From positions 24,058,001 through 24,122,000 of the forward strand of contig CM119372.1 in NCBI GenBank assembly GCA_051294905.1: a stretch of DNA of 64,000 bases, in the 5' to 3' direction. Every line of letters begins with the position of its first letter. The stretch's first letter is position 1. The translations under genes were made by a program, and so were the position numbers. The DNA comes from Botryllus schlosseri (Eukaryota). Shown in pieces: positions 11,601 through 24,900 of the stretch. The notes beneath the pieces were generated by a model. It worked only from the letters and a program-made list of their open reading frames with translations, was not told the origin of the DNA and searched no databases.

Positions 11601-14600
11601 TATGGAATGTGATGTGACACGCATCGTATAAATACAAAGTATGTATTAAAACGCTTATTCATGCTAATCTAATTTTTCGACTGTCCTTACTTTTGGGTCC
11701 ATGTCGATGACAACCCTATGTATAGGCCTACCGGTATGGAAGTTCTTTAGCTCCGGGAAGCTCTTCAAATAGTATGCCTGCATCACCAGTTGGAGATGTG
11801 AAGATGATTTGAATATACTTGTTCCTTTTGTTTACTTGCAGTTCTCCATAAATGACATCTAGATTGATTTCTTTTCTTCTAGTGGAATAGTCACGGTTAC
11901 ACTGTTGCGAAGAGGTGGGGTAAATTTACTATGGTGTCCCCGGTGTGGTTTCAAATCAAGAGGAAACAACGTGGAATGTACAATGTAGAAGGCACTCATG
12001 ATATCGATAAAGGTATGGAAAGTTTAATGGTCGTACATTCATTATTTGCTTAATGTGCCAGGATACGACTATACTATTGTGGGCACTAAGCAGGTATAGG
12101 CCTACGTAGTAGGGCCAGTCGAAACCCCATTCTTTAGAAATGCTGATCATATCTCCAATGTTTCTTAGCTCATTTGCAATTCATGTTAGCAGTGTAGCGA
12201 GAATCGACAGTGTACCCGAAATCCTGCTGATATTGTGTGATTGAGTGATTGGCAGCTACTGCTGTGTAGAAATATGATATCTGATGCGCCAGGCCGGAAC
12301 TAATGCGTCTGCTGTGATAGTGATGTCTGATGTGCTATTGATTCAAGACTGGGGACTTGAATGGAATTAATTGAAATATACATAACTGACTGTGAACAGA
12401 ATCCGAGTGGCTAAATTGCTAATACAAAAACACACTGTAATCTGTTCAGGAGTGACACCTATTTCAGAGAGAGAGCTGATGCGATCTACTTATTATAGGC
12501 ATTTGCACATGTACTTAACCCTCATAAATTGATGCTAACTTGGCACATTTGAAAACAATTCTAACCCCTCCCTTTTTTCCGGCTGCCTAGTGCCTACTCG
12601 CCTGGCGCTAGGGCTTATCATTGAAATTTAGGAAATCTCCAGTGCAGTTTTCATTTCAGTGATAATTTTATGTTAAGGTTGGATGAAAGACTTGAAGAGA
12701 AAGGAAAAACCTCCAAAAATTGGTACGAACCATACTGTCCCATTGATTTTTGGTTGAACATGTTGTAAATTTCGGAACGTTCTTAGTTCCACGAGTTCTG
12801 TTCGATGGCTGGTCGGAAATGGAGTACAAATCGCTTTTCTCGAGCGAAGACGAAATTGAAACTATGACAAACGAGATTGTTCAAGTCCTGAAGGAAAACA
12901 ATATGGACGGGGCTGTGATTGAAATATGGAGCCAGATTGGACACAAGTATCCCGAGTGAGAATTTCCTAGAATACAATCGACTTAGATATTGTACTCAAG
13001 TATCGGCAATGTGTGTTCATCACTGATGTTACTTGAGTATAATAAGTAGAAGCAATAGAGAACTTGCTATTTTTTTATGACTACTGCCGGTACCAGTAAT
13101 ATTTTTTGTCCTAGCCCACCATAGTTTCAACGTTAAAACACACATCTGAAACCGATGTAGGATAGGTCACATACTCACACAGCTGCGAAAAGATGCGACT
13201 CAATAGAAAGTTTATGTTGTGGTGATGCCTTGGTTAGATATCTTGGCAATCTGGCATTGAATCGATCCATACCGAGGCCCAGTAACTACCGTATGTTCTG
13301 TTTGACAAAAATTTGACATGTGTATACCGTCCGTATTGTCTTTGAAGCCAGTAAAGTAATTAGTGTTAGGCAATTTCTAATACCGGTACCTGTAATTCCG
13401 ATTAGAGTTTTGATCTTTTGAGTTGAGTATCCGCGTAGCCACTCATTAAAATGTCACAAAAGTATTTATGATCATAAAAGTTCAAAAACATATCTTTTTG
13501 CAGCCACAAGTAAAATAATGCCAGTTACACGCCATCACTTTGTGACAATGTCGGCCACTAACTCAGCATTTCCTCGAACATGCGTATTGCATAACCTCTA
13601 CGCAGCATGTGTTGGAGGCTAACGTACAAACAATCGTGGTTATTAGGATTACATGGTGGAAGAGGGTAGCACAGCTATATTTTCCGCTGATATAATAACT
13701 CTTTCTACGAAGTGCATGTGTTTTCATTACTCGAAAAAATTCACTCCCACAAATTGACTCAAATCGTGATGCCCAGCCCAAGTACTCGCTCCCAACTACT
13801 ACTCGTAAAAATTTGCCTTTCACTGCTCGACTTGATTCGTTACAATTGATACTCGGTTAGCATTCATTGTGTCCAAGCCCAGAACTAATCTAAAAATAAT
13901 TACCAATATGTTGGTCTATTGGAGAAAGTGGTAGTTACTGATCGTCTGTGGCGCTGTGTTGAGGATGCTAATTTCCAGATACATGCATATTGCATGTGTT
14001 ACGATATGATAAGAGTTGATAGAAAACTGATGCCTTCTCGTATTCACCAAAGTATGCATGTGGATTGTGGAATGAGGCTGTGATTGTAATATCGGTCATA
14101 GTTTAAATCTTGTTGGTAGAAGTCTTTTGCGATTTTCATTTGATATTTTTGCTTGCAGAGAGGTAGTGCACGTTGTCACCCACATGGCCGAGATCTTCCA
14201 TGAGAACGATCTCATGATCATATTGGTTGTGCCACCCGGATTAGACAGACAGTGAGTACTAAAATATGCGCAACGTCTGCGCGGTCACTGTTTCAGTGCT
14301 CAAATTTTTCAGAAAAAATGTAGTGACGACCTTCACAGCTGAGCGATTTGAACAGCTCGTCCCACACGTGGATTATTTCAGTTTGATGACGTATGATTTT
14401 TCGACAAACGGAGGTCACATTGGGCCATCGTCACCAGTGCCATGGATCATCTTGTGCGTTAAGTTCCTTGACCCAGAAGAAAAGCATCGGTCTAAAATAT
14501 TGACCGGCTTAAATTTTTACGGCCACATGTTTTCGTCACTTGGAGCGTCACCCATAACGGGGAAAGAGTAAGTACCATACTTCTATGACAACATATTAGA

Positions 14601-15694
14601 GATTATGTATGCCATTATGCATTGGAATGCTACCTTACTATCCGACCGAAAGCCCTTGTAGTGGGTTTCGATGGTGCAGAATTCTAACTGATAGAGTTCA
14701 AGGTACACTGGTACTCTGGCAGGCATAGTCACTAGTCAGTTTGATTACTTATCGGTGGTAATGAAGCACGAGTAGATATATTGACGTATAACAACCCTGA
14801 TTCAAGTATGTGTCAGTGTGTTTTACGAAACGTTAACACAACCACTGGTACAAGTGGAAAACGATTGGTTTGAAGGGTCGTATGGATGGCCGTGACTTTC
14901 CACGTTTGAGAATGCTAGCACAGCTGCAGATGTTCTTGCTCTCAGCTTTTAGAAATTGTGACATCAATTCTGCTTAACGCATTATCCTTGGTCTCGCTAA
15001 AATGCTGAAATATGTTCAATGAATATTGTTCATCTTACTGCAAATTTTCATCCTGACTATGCCGTCATATGCAGAGTGAGCCATTTATCATTGTGTTACA
15101 GACTTACAGTACCTACAGATATTATTTGCGACAATTTCACCTGTAAAAATGATGCGAATCTATCTACTTTAGACTATTTTAGAAAATTAGTACCTAACTT
15201 ATACTGCAGCTCAAGTAACTTACGGTACTTGTACATTTGATAAATTGACAAAGTGTCTTCATATATTGGTCGATGGTCGATCTTATGTCGACCAGATTGA
15301 TAATAATGGTGCCTCCTGAAATTATGTTCTTTTTGTAGTCTTACTCTTATGAACACTCAAATGAACTCTGTTGTATATTAATACCTTAAAAACCTTCGTT
15401 CTTCAGATATTTGGAGTTTTTGAAATTGTACAAGCCAGCAATCGAATGGGAAAAATCCGTTGCGGAACATCACTCGAGATTTGGGAACGACCAGGGTCAG
15501 GGGATCGTGTTTTACCCCTCGTTGCAAGTATGTCCAGAAAAGTAATTGGGTAAAATTGATCAACCTCCAATGCTGTTATTTGTACCTTACAGTCCATCGA
15601 AACTCGGTTAAAAACTGCCAACATTATCACGAAGACTGGCGTAGCGATATGGGAGATCGGACAGGGTTTAGATTACTTCTACGATGTATTATAA
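8604..15694 (+). CDS. CHID1: Chitinase domain-containing protein 1 (SI-CLP, GH18-like), 397 aa
   Basis: Exons 8604-8717, 9098-9262, 11883-12012, 12678-12722, 12787-12955, 14159-14251, 14313-14567, 15407-15527, 15593-15694. All introns are GT-AG with consistent phases (1194 nt). Signal peptide, then [60 protein letters not shown] and [15 protein letters not shown], which match human CHID1 motifs. Confidence 0.97.
9595..10172. mobile_element. MITE with TIR tagggcaagtt and internal aaaagttgca repeats
   Basis: Ends tagggcaagtttttgttgca and tgcaaaacttgcccta. Degenerate aaaagttgca tandem at ~9920-10160. TSD degraded. Confidence 0.6.
10291..10528. mobile_element. Almost fully palindromic MITE (~240 bp)
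   Basis: ~110-bp arms (gaacccgaatattttcggctgacact...tagtagagaattggaaa and tttccaattctctactaat...agtgtcagccgaaaatatgcgggttc) around a short loop. Confidence 0.75.
10535..11718 (+). mobile_element. Internally deleted hAT transposon with transposase remnants
   Basis: TIRs cagggttgccat and atgacaacccta. Perfect 8-bp TSD tgtatagg (10527-10534, 11719-11726). Broken peptides [14 protein letters not shown] (BED-finger-like), RTKTTALL and [10 protein letters not shown] (first catalytic D region). Confidence 0.85.
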
Positions 15695-15979
15695 CGCATC
15701 CTGTCTTTGACATTGCGGGTTTTTAGTACCCATTCGATCATTTAGTGGAAAGCTTGGTTGCAAGCTGATATGCCGCTGTTGTCAGTCTCACATTTCAGGA
15801 AGCGATAACTGTACTGCGTTGTGATGTAGAATTCTATGCAAAGAAAATAACACAGGAAATGATGTAACTGCTCGAACAATATATAATGTATTGTACAATT
15901 ATACATCCATTGTCAATAGTTTTATGAAATTCTGTCGGTTCGTTTCTTCTCCACCCAACACTGCACTTTCCGTGACTGT

Positions 15980-18900
15980 CTAGGTGTTATAGTAGTCGGT
16001 GGGGAGAGTGTCTGTCAAAAGTGAAGCATTATTTTATGTGGATGCTCTGTTAGTCGACCAGAGACGTGCTGAAATTAATGGACGGAATTGCAAATAATTA
16101 ACAATCTTCAAGTGGCGTTTCAATATAGCCTAATCTTGGTCATGGTAGTCATGGAGGATGAATCGAAATGTCATTTCATGGTAGGGATCAAGCTATCCTT
16201 TCAGTTTCATTAAGATAGCTGCCACATGTTTTCTTCCAGTTTGCTTTAGTTCAGGCTTGGATCATAATTTACAGCAAGAAATTCTGGAACATATGCTTTG
16301 GCAGTCTGCTGGCCATGTGCCTTGAGACTCGGGGGGGGGGCATAAGATTCACTTGACGGCAGAGATTCCTGGAAGCATCGGTGAAAGTGCTACATGGCTG
16401 GGGTGCCAGAGAGCATATGATGTATCTTTTCAGTTCGTCATTTCCACACCATGGATTCAACATACATACCATTGCATCTGTACATCAAATTGGACCATAT
16501 CACTTCTTCTTGTGAGAAACAGAATACTCCAAGCCGTCCCCCTTTCATTGTGTAATCAATGATTCGCCCCGAGTCGGAAATCTGGCAAACGAAATGGTAA
16601 ATGATGTATAGAAACAACAAGCGACAAAAATGGAGGTGGCATGTCATTCAAGGCGAGATCGATAGGTCAGTCGTGGTCCGGTAATCTTGAGGATGGACTG
16701 TATTTATTTAGTAGTAATTGCTTGTATTTCGACTTGAATATGGACATTAGGGCTGTTCAAAAATAACATTTTGTTCTGGATTCCAGTCATTAAATTGTCA
16801 GGTTACCCTAAAAAACGCTGCGCACCAAATTTGGTTAAATTCTAACAAGTATAGGGCTCCGCAGATCCAGTTGAAATTTTTAATTTAAATGGGAAAATGA
16901 AAAATTCTAAATTTTCTTTCAACCCCATGGAATTGTTGAGCTGTCTTTGGAGACGATCCCAAACAAATTTGACTCAATTCCAACTAGTAGAAGCGGAGTT
17001 ATTGGAGTTTTCCGTTGATAATCCTCGGATTATCCACCAATCAAATCATGCTCGTCGACTGTCGGATGGCCGGCGGGATACTGTTCAACCCACACCTCAC
17101 GTTCGGCATATTTGATAGAGCGATGATCTTTTCGGTCGATCATAAGATATTTGAATGACGTGGACGCGCGTGTGTTGTAGGCTACTTGTGCAGAACTTCC
17201 AAAAGGTTTGATAGTGTCATTTTTAATATTGGTGAGGCGAGTCGTGGCTTCAAGGTTATAACAAGCCAATAAACGAATCAGCCCATCCGATGTTACCTAG
17301 GGAGCAATAGGCTACCAGTTTGCTCTGCAAATTATTGTAATAATGTCAGGACTGCGTATGACAATTGAAAAGCTAAGTATTACTTTACAGGCCCCATTTT
17401 CGAAACGTCTATTATGATAGCAGGAGTTATAATCCTAAAGCTCCCGGTTATTTAAATCGGTAGTCGGAATCATGAGAGAGAGAGATAGAGAGTCTTTATT
17501 TTCATTCTACCAAAATACATAAAACAACAGACGGCAATGAAAGTGGTACAGAAAATATGCATGCACACTAAATTGCACAGTATTCGGTATTACATAGGAA
17601 TGATCGATATGACCTTGAGGGTCAACTAGTCTGATCACACCCGCATCAAACAGGCACACTTGACTCTGTGTAACGAAATGGTAGCAAAAATTGGCATAAA
17701 CGATATCGGTGATATGAAGGAGGCTGAAATACTCCCAATATACAAGCATATTACAAAATCTTACCAGTATGTTTCGTCGGTACATTTGTAATCTGATGTA
17801 GCCTACGTTTGGCCTGTGGATGAGCTTCCACCGATAGGGAGTATTATCACGCCAGCCAACGTTCTTCGGGTCCTTCCATAGAAGCTTCACCTGATTCGGC
17901 GTGTTGCCGCTTTGCCAAAGGGCGTTTCGAAGGTATTCTCCGGGACCGCTGACAGATTTCACTACCTGGAACCAGCAACCAAATATCATTAAGCTTCATA
18001 CTTGGATATACAGTTTTATACAGTTTTTACCCCATTATCGTGTAACACTCTAACTCAGTGGTTCCCAACGTGGGCGATATCGCCCCCCAGGGGGCGATTT
18101 GGCGGTCTAGGGGGGCGAAAATAACGAAGGGGGCGATGGTGCGTTAAAACGGCTATATTGGAGTCGGGACCGTAACTACCGCACCCCAAACCCCCCAATT
18201 GGGGTGGGGGGCCCAAAATCGAAGGAAGTCCAAAATTATTTCGTGCATTAACATGAATGATAGAGTAATTTTTTAGAAATTCATGCGACTTTATCAAAAA
18301 CTTTTCGCGTTGCGCCCGATTTAATATTTTCATGTATCGTATCTTGATGTTGGGGTCCCCGTCACCCAACAAAAATACGCATGATTTATGGAAATGGGAG
18401 ACTTCGGCGTCGGCCATTACTGCGCCACGACGCACCAAGACAAATGAAGATAGAGGCCATATGTAACATGCGACTCCGAAAAGTGTGCCAGAACGACCGA
18501 AAACTTCGATATATATACATATATGTTTAATTACCTCAATGGCTGGCGTCGAATGTTCCTGTCCTGGCGACCTTAACCCTACACATGCCATCCCGCAAGG
18601 AAAAAATTATTTGCCAGTTAAGAAATACCAATATGAAATCATGTGCGTCTTTTAGTTTGGTACGTTTTGACGATTTCCATATCTTCTGACATAGCAGATC
18701 TAGGAGGTCACGAAATAGCATCATGTAAAGAAGTCAATATAACAACGATTCCGCCCGAAGATGTTTAATTATTATTTAGGGGTCCTACCTTTTCCAACAT
18801 ACCACATCGACCAAATTGACCGATTCAAACATGAATTATATAAATTTGTCGCGCTTCGAGCGTTTAGGCGAAGTACGGTGACTCACCAAACAGTACATGA

Positions 18901-21900
18901 AATAGGGTATAGCTGATATATAGCGACAAAAATCCCACTGGCTGAGGGGAGTCTGGGGTTTGGTTTATCACCCTATGGGGCCAAAGACCAACGTTTTTTT
19001 TCGGGGGGGGGGGGCTGAGAAGTGCTGTTTTTCGGTTCCCAATATTTGGGGGGCGATGATCGGTGTGGCGCATCAAAAGGGGGCGATGAGTCGAAAAAGG
19101 TTGGGAACCACTGCTCTAACTTGTCCTTGATGATCTCGAGGTGGTCTGTATCGTAGTAGGCCTATATACTCTTACTTTTCGGGAATGATTAGGTATTTTC
19201 ACACTACTTGCACTATACTAAAGCGACTATGTTCATATACTACTTCCACTTATCCTTTTAGGCAAAAACTTCTTTTTATGCTACAAATAGGATTTTGTAA
19301 CGTAGAATGCAGTTTGTGATACGTTTGCATCTCTTGAAATTGCCATATAACAACGGGACGAAAGCTCCTGTGTCACGGTAAACTAAATATTTTTTCGAAA
19401 GTTGTGCCTAGTTATGGTGTTATTAGTCGTTTTACGTTGGACGCGAAGATACGCCATTAAATTTCAATTCTAGCTACTTCCGAATGGGATTAACTGTTCA
19501 TCCTAGGACCAAATTTACTTCATGAAGCTACTTGGAGTAATTTCCGGATCTTTATTTTTCCACTGCCACTTTTGGCATGAATTGTGGCCAGTCTACTCTC
19601 CACCTCACCCAACATGGATGGACTTTAACCTGGTTGGTGAAACAATTCAGCCCATAAAAATGATGCAAATTGATTCAAAGACAATTTCATATCTCAATGA
19701 AAATGATGAAGTAGCCTAACCAACGAACTAGGCTACGTGGCATTTGAAAACTAACTAAAATAAGAATCACTTTAGTGGTATAAGTAAGCAGAGCTACCAG
19801 TATTCGACCTATTGTTTTTACACAGTGATCAAATAAATATATACATCGGTCAAATTCCTCGGGGACGTGAGACGGCATATCATACTTTCAGCTGGATCCC
19901 AGGTTCCGCTATTGCTCGGAAGGGCTCTGTTTGCCAATAGGTCTGCTTCGACTGTTTCCACGTCACTGCGTAAAAGCTCTTGCTGTCCTGTCAGTAGTCG
20001 TGTATTTTAAGAATGAAATATATTTGTCCGAAACCAATTACCGACCTGATAACCGAATATAAATCCAGCGTAATCGTCATCTGTCTTTGTGTTGACGTAA
20101 AACGTTCCGTAAAAGTCAAGTCCATTGAAGGCCGTGTAGCCTATAGCGAGCCCAGGGTCGCTATTTAGTGTCTGCACAATCTCTCTGCCCTGTTGATGAG
20201 AAGTTGTGGTCAAGACAAATCTTGAACTGACATAATTGACGTTTTTAGGAATTGGGAAATCGATTTGCGGATTACGACTGAACGCGGAATTCTGAACGAT
20301 TTCAAATATTCGTGTTAGGCGCGACGACTGAGTTTTCTGTTTACGGCTGTGCAAAAATGATATCTTATTAAGACAGTTCTGTAATAAATCAGTTGGGTAT
20401 ATTCCAACATCGCCCAGAAGTCAATGGTGTTTGATTTCTCACCGGAAAACACAGTCAATGTCATACGGGGATGCATTTTGGTGGATCTGACTCGAGTATT
20501 ATAATATCACCCGAAAAGATTTGATATATAGATGCAAGTTCGTAGGTATAATATATTTTGATATATTTAAATACTTTTGAGCAGCACCGTAACTGCCGCA
20601 CCCCAAACCCCCCAAATGGGGGGGCCCGAGCTCAAAGGGGGCCCAAAATTATTTCGTGAATTAGCATAAATAATAAAGTATTTTTTGAAAATTTATGCCA
20701 ATTTTTCAAAATTTTTTCGCGCTGCGCGCGAATTCAAGAAGCCATTTATCTTTATTATTGGGTATTGGGCCATTACCGCGCTACGACGCACCAAGACCTA
20801 CAATCAAGTTTTAGGCAATATAACATGCGACTCCAAGAAGTGTGCCAGAACGATCGGCAGCGAGAAAACCTTGGCCGAAAAGGTCTATGCCCTTTAGGGT
20901 TGTTCAGAATTGATCGACTTTCAAAATGTCGTTGTTTTCAGTCCGATTCCCATGCCTTATACCATAAAAACATATCCTAGGTACTTTTTTTCGTAATTCA
21001 TCCCTTGCATCCGTGTGCACATTGAGCTGGAAGAATATCGGCTAAAAATAGGGGATTCCCCTAAAATTTGAAGGTCGCCATTCGGACTAGGCTAGTGAAA
21101 CGTCATATATAAGCTGATTTTATGTAGCTATTGCGGTTGGAGTGCTACATAACCTCACTATAGAAAGTATTGTCAGTTCAGGACACCACTTTCATGTCCC
21201 ACACTGCCTTAGAACTCCTCAAAACTGCCTAAGACTGATAGTCATTTTGTTGGATCACCTTTCCTACACTCCTCAACACTACCCGAGATTGTTCATCAAT
21301 TGCCGGGATCACCACGTGCAAGAATACAACTGTAAATGTATCATTCACTCACAGCCACATTATAAACATCACATTGTTCAAAGGAAACGAAACAAAAAGA
21401 CAGAAACAGATCAACTTGGCAAATGCTACTTAAATCAGGTACGGATGAAATGGTTGCATTAGAGAAATCGGCATATCTGTTCCCGTTATCTTCCACGGCT
21501 TGTAAGATGCTCGCTCGCTGTTCTTTGTCATCTGTTTTGAAAGCATCAAAGTCGGTATTCAATTTCACCAAACGCTCTGCTGCGCCGTTAACTATTTCAA
21601 CGCTACTCACAAATTCTTGAGCAGTCACGAAAAGCGAATCAGTATGCCATTCCGAAACTGGAAGACTAAACCAATCATGTTCGACATGTATAGCATTGAA
21701 TAGAAACCATGATTCCGGTTCAATTAAAGCAACCATACTCATTGACTCGGAGATAGAGTCAGAGATTAGACTCAGAGGTGTAGCCTACCTCTGCGAAATT
21801 GTTCTAAGGATTGGCATTTGCAGCAATTTAGCAGCCATTGCTTCCTTCACTTTGTCAGTAATCTTTGGTTTAGCCGAGAACATTGTTGATACCACCGTTT

Positions 21901-24900
21901 CCTCGGTGAGATGCCAATGATGTCCTCGCATCTTTCTATATGCCACATCAGCAACAGTGAAATCGCACATTGAAAAGTCTGTCATGCCATGCAGGAATTT
22001 GAGATCAATATACTGTGCGTCACATGCATTACCAGTTTTCAACCAAGCTGGGACATAAAACAGGGCAACTTTCTAATGAACTCTTCAGAATAGCTCATTT
22101 GCTCTCTCCACATGAACATTTTTGACAGTACAGCACTTGACTCATCCATCCAGTGCTATTAGTAGCACCAGGCTTGCGAAAAAGATTATCAAGATATTGG
22201 GCAGCTACAATCGCCAAGGTGCCTGTTGCACATTCTCTGTAGTCATTTATTATCAAGACTTCTTTCTGCTTTCCATTATATGGCTTCATCAGTGGAATTA
22301 TTTCTTGCTTAGCTTCATCAGCTTTGATCGCCAACCAGCTGCATTCATCAAACTGAAGTGTTTTAGATCTTCTTAATTGATCAATATCTTTCCACTTCTT
22401 GGAAGGTAATAAAATCTGTGTTTTCAGGGCCTGTGGTCGCTGATCCAAACCCACTTCACTTCCAGACCTCGGAACCACGGATGACTAGTTCATAAATATG
22501 ATGGCGACAAGCAGAAGTAGAAAACTTTCCTGTTTATCAATTCTTCAAGTAACAGAACCGCACCTTTATTTTTTCCATTGTTTGAGGGTGTTGTGTCAAA
22601 CACAAGAGCTCTGACATTATTTGTTAAATTATAAAGTTCCAGCAGTTCAAATGACAGATCAGCCTGTGCTTTTCTTGTAGCACTCTCCAGAGTTCGATTG
22701 CCAAGAAGTTTGCCTTTCTCAAATGCGTTGGAATACGCAGACTATGCCAGCACTGCCAAGGCCTCAAATTTCCCTCCGAAACGACTTCTAGTGAGCTTTG
22801 CATCCCAGTGCAATGCAATGTGCCAAGTTGATATGTTTATTTGCCTTTTTGTTTCGTTTCCTTTCAACAATGTGATGTATATAATGTGGCTGTGAGTGAA
22901 TCATACATTTACAGTTGTATTCGTGCACGTGGTGATTCCGGCAATTGATGAACAATCTCGGGTAGGGTTGAGGAGTGTAGGATAGGTGATCCAACAAAAT
23001 GACTATCAGTCTTAGGCAGTTTTGAGGAGTTCTAAGGCAGAGTGGGACATGAAAATGGTGTCCTAAACTGACGATACTTTCTATAGTGAGGTTATGTAGC
23101 ACTCCAACCGCAATAGCTACATAAAATCAGCTTATATATGACGTTTTACTAGCCTAGTCCGAATGGCAACCTTCAAATTTTAGGGGAATCCCCTATTTTT
23201 TAGCCGGTATTCTTCCAGCTCAATGTGCACACGGATGCAAGGGATGAATTACGAAAAAAAGTACTTAGGATATGTTTTTATGGTATAAGGCATGGGAATC
23301 GGACTGAAAACCACGACATTTTGAAAGTCGATCAATTCTGAACAACCCTAATGCCCTTATGCTGACCGAAGACTGCGTTCTATATATAAAATAAACATAG
23401 GTTTAATTGTACATAGGCGCCTAAATGACTGACGCCGAATGTTCCTGTCTTTGCAATCTGAACCTCACAAGACAAATACCATCCCGCTGGGAAAAAATTT
23501 ATGCCAGTGAAGAAATACCAATTTGAAATCGTGTGCGTCTCTTAGTTTAGAAGCCTACGTTTGGGCGATTCTATATGTTTTGATATAGCAGACTGGAAGT
23601 TACGAAATAACATCATGTAACGAAGTCATATCAACGGGTCCGCCCGCCAGAAGATGTTTAATTATTATTTGCGGGCCATCCCGTTTTCAAGACACTTCAC
23701 TCAGCTCTACCGGTAAATCTAATTACGTGAGTAGGGAGGAAAATAAATTGATAACATAATATATATGCAATCGCCGATCTGATTGACCGATTTTATCATA
23801 AATTAACGAAAATTTTCGCGCTTCGCGCTGGCTCACAATACAGTACAGATGATTTCGTGACAAACGCGAACAACGTGATGGGGGGGTCGTTTTATCACCC
23901 TATGGGAGCCCAAGACCCACGTTTTTGGGGGCCTGACGAGGTGCTGTTTCGTTCCTGCCAACGGGTATACGCTTGAAGATGTTTAATTATTAATGGAGTG
24001 GTCCTACCTTTTCAAACACACCTCACTCAGCTCTACCAGCAAATGTGATTACGTGAGCAGAGAGAAGATAAAAATTGATAACAATATAGGCAATTACCGA
24101 TCATACGGACCGATTCAATCATGAATTGTAGAAAATTTTCCGCGCTTCGCGCGCTTAGGCGACAAAATCTGATTCACTCAACAAACTCCTAATGAATATG
24201 ATAAATAGCGTTAAACTGTGTATCGCCGGAGGGGGGTCTGGGGGGGCGAAGCCCCCCAGAAGTTAGGTCTATAACCCTATGGGGGGCCCAAGACCAAAGT
24301 TTTGGGGGGGGGGCTGACGAAGTGCTGTTACGGCCCTGCTTTTGAGCCATAGCAAGTCCTGAATCTGGAAAACATTAGGCTACCCTTATACATTTATCTA
24401 TCTCAGCATAAGTAGGCCTACGGAATCTTCTCTGGACTGCATGCAGGAAACTTCAACTCCCATAAAGGATCCGTGTTACATAAGACCATGGTTGTAACCA
24501 AGTCAATTTGACTTTTATAGTATTGACTGGAGTCAAGTCGAGTGATTTCCAATTCACCACCGAGTCATGTCCTAGTCCAGGTCAGGGAGTAACGGGTTGA
24601 GTCCACGTCAGAGGGTTTACTCTTCAGTATCGAGTTCAACGCACTTCTCAAAAACTCTAGGGTGATATCAAAGGCCTTGGGTTCCTTACTAATTTTCTCA
24701 TTCTAAACATTTTTATTCAAATGGATAAAAGACTGTTTCCGGGCCTATTTTACAATTATTATCGGCCCTCAAAAAGAGTATTGAATAAATCATGTGGAAT
24801 GTGTCGACTGTCGAGTCATAAGAGACTTGATCGAGTCGTACGCAGCGACTCGAGGAGGCCCTGTCAATACACAAATTATAGATAGGAAACGTATAGGAAA

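Noticed and set aside
12993..13040. Pre-miRNA hairpin tactcaagta/tacttgagta in CHID1 intron 5
   Set aside because: The stem is the recurrent motif of the abundant AAGTA/TACTT element family.
16249..16425. Alternative last thrombospondin exons (e.g. [18 protein letters not shown])
   Set aside because: The exon at 16011-15980 has a better acceptor and gives the family-typical DTLPTDY ending.
21142..21462. ORFs MLHNLTIES... (also 22788-23102) as paralogous genes
   Set aside because: They are incidental frames within the hATm long TIRs.
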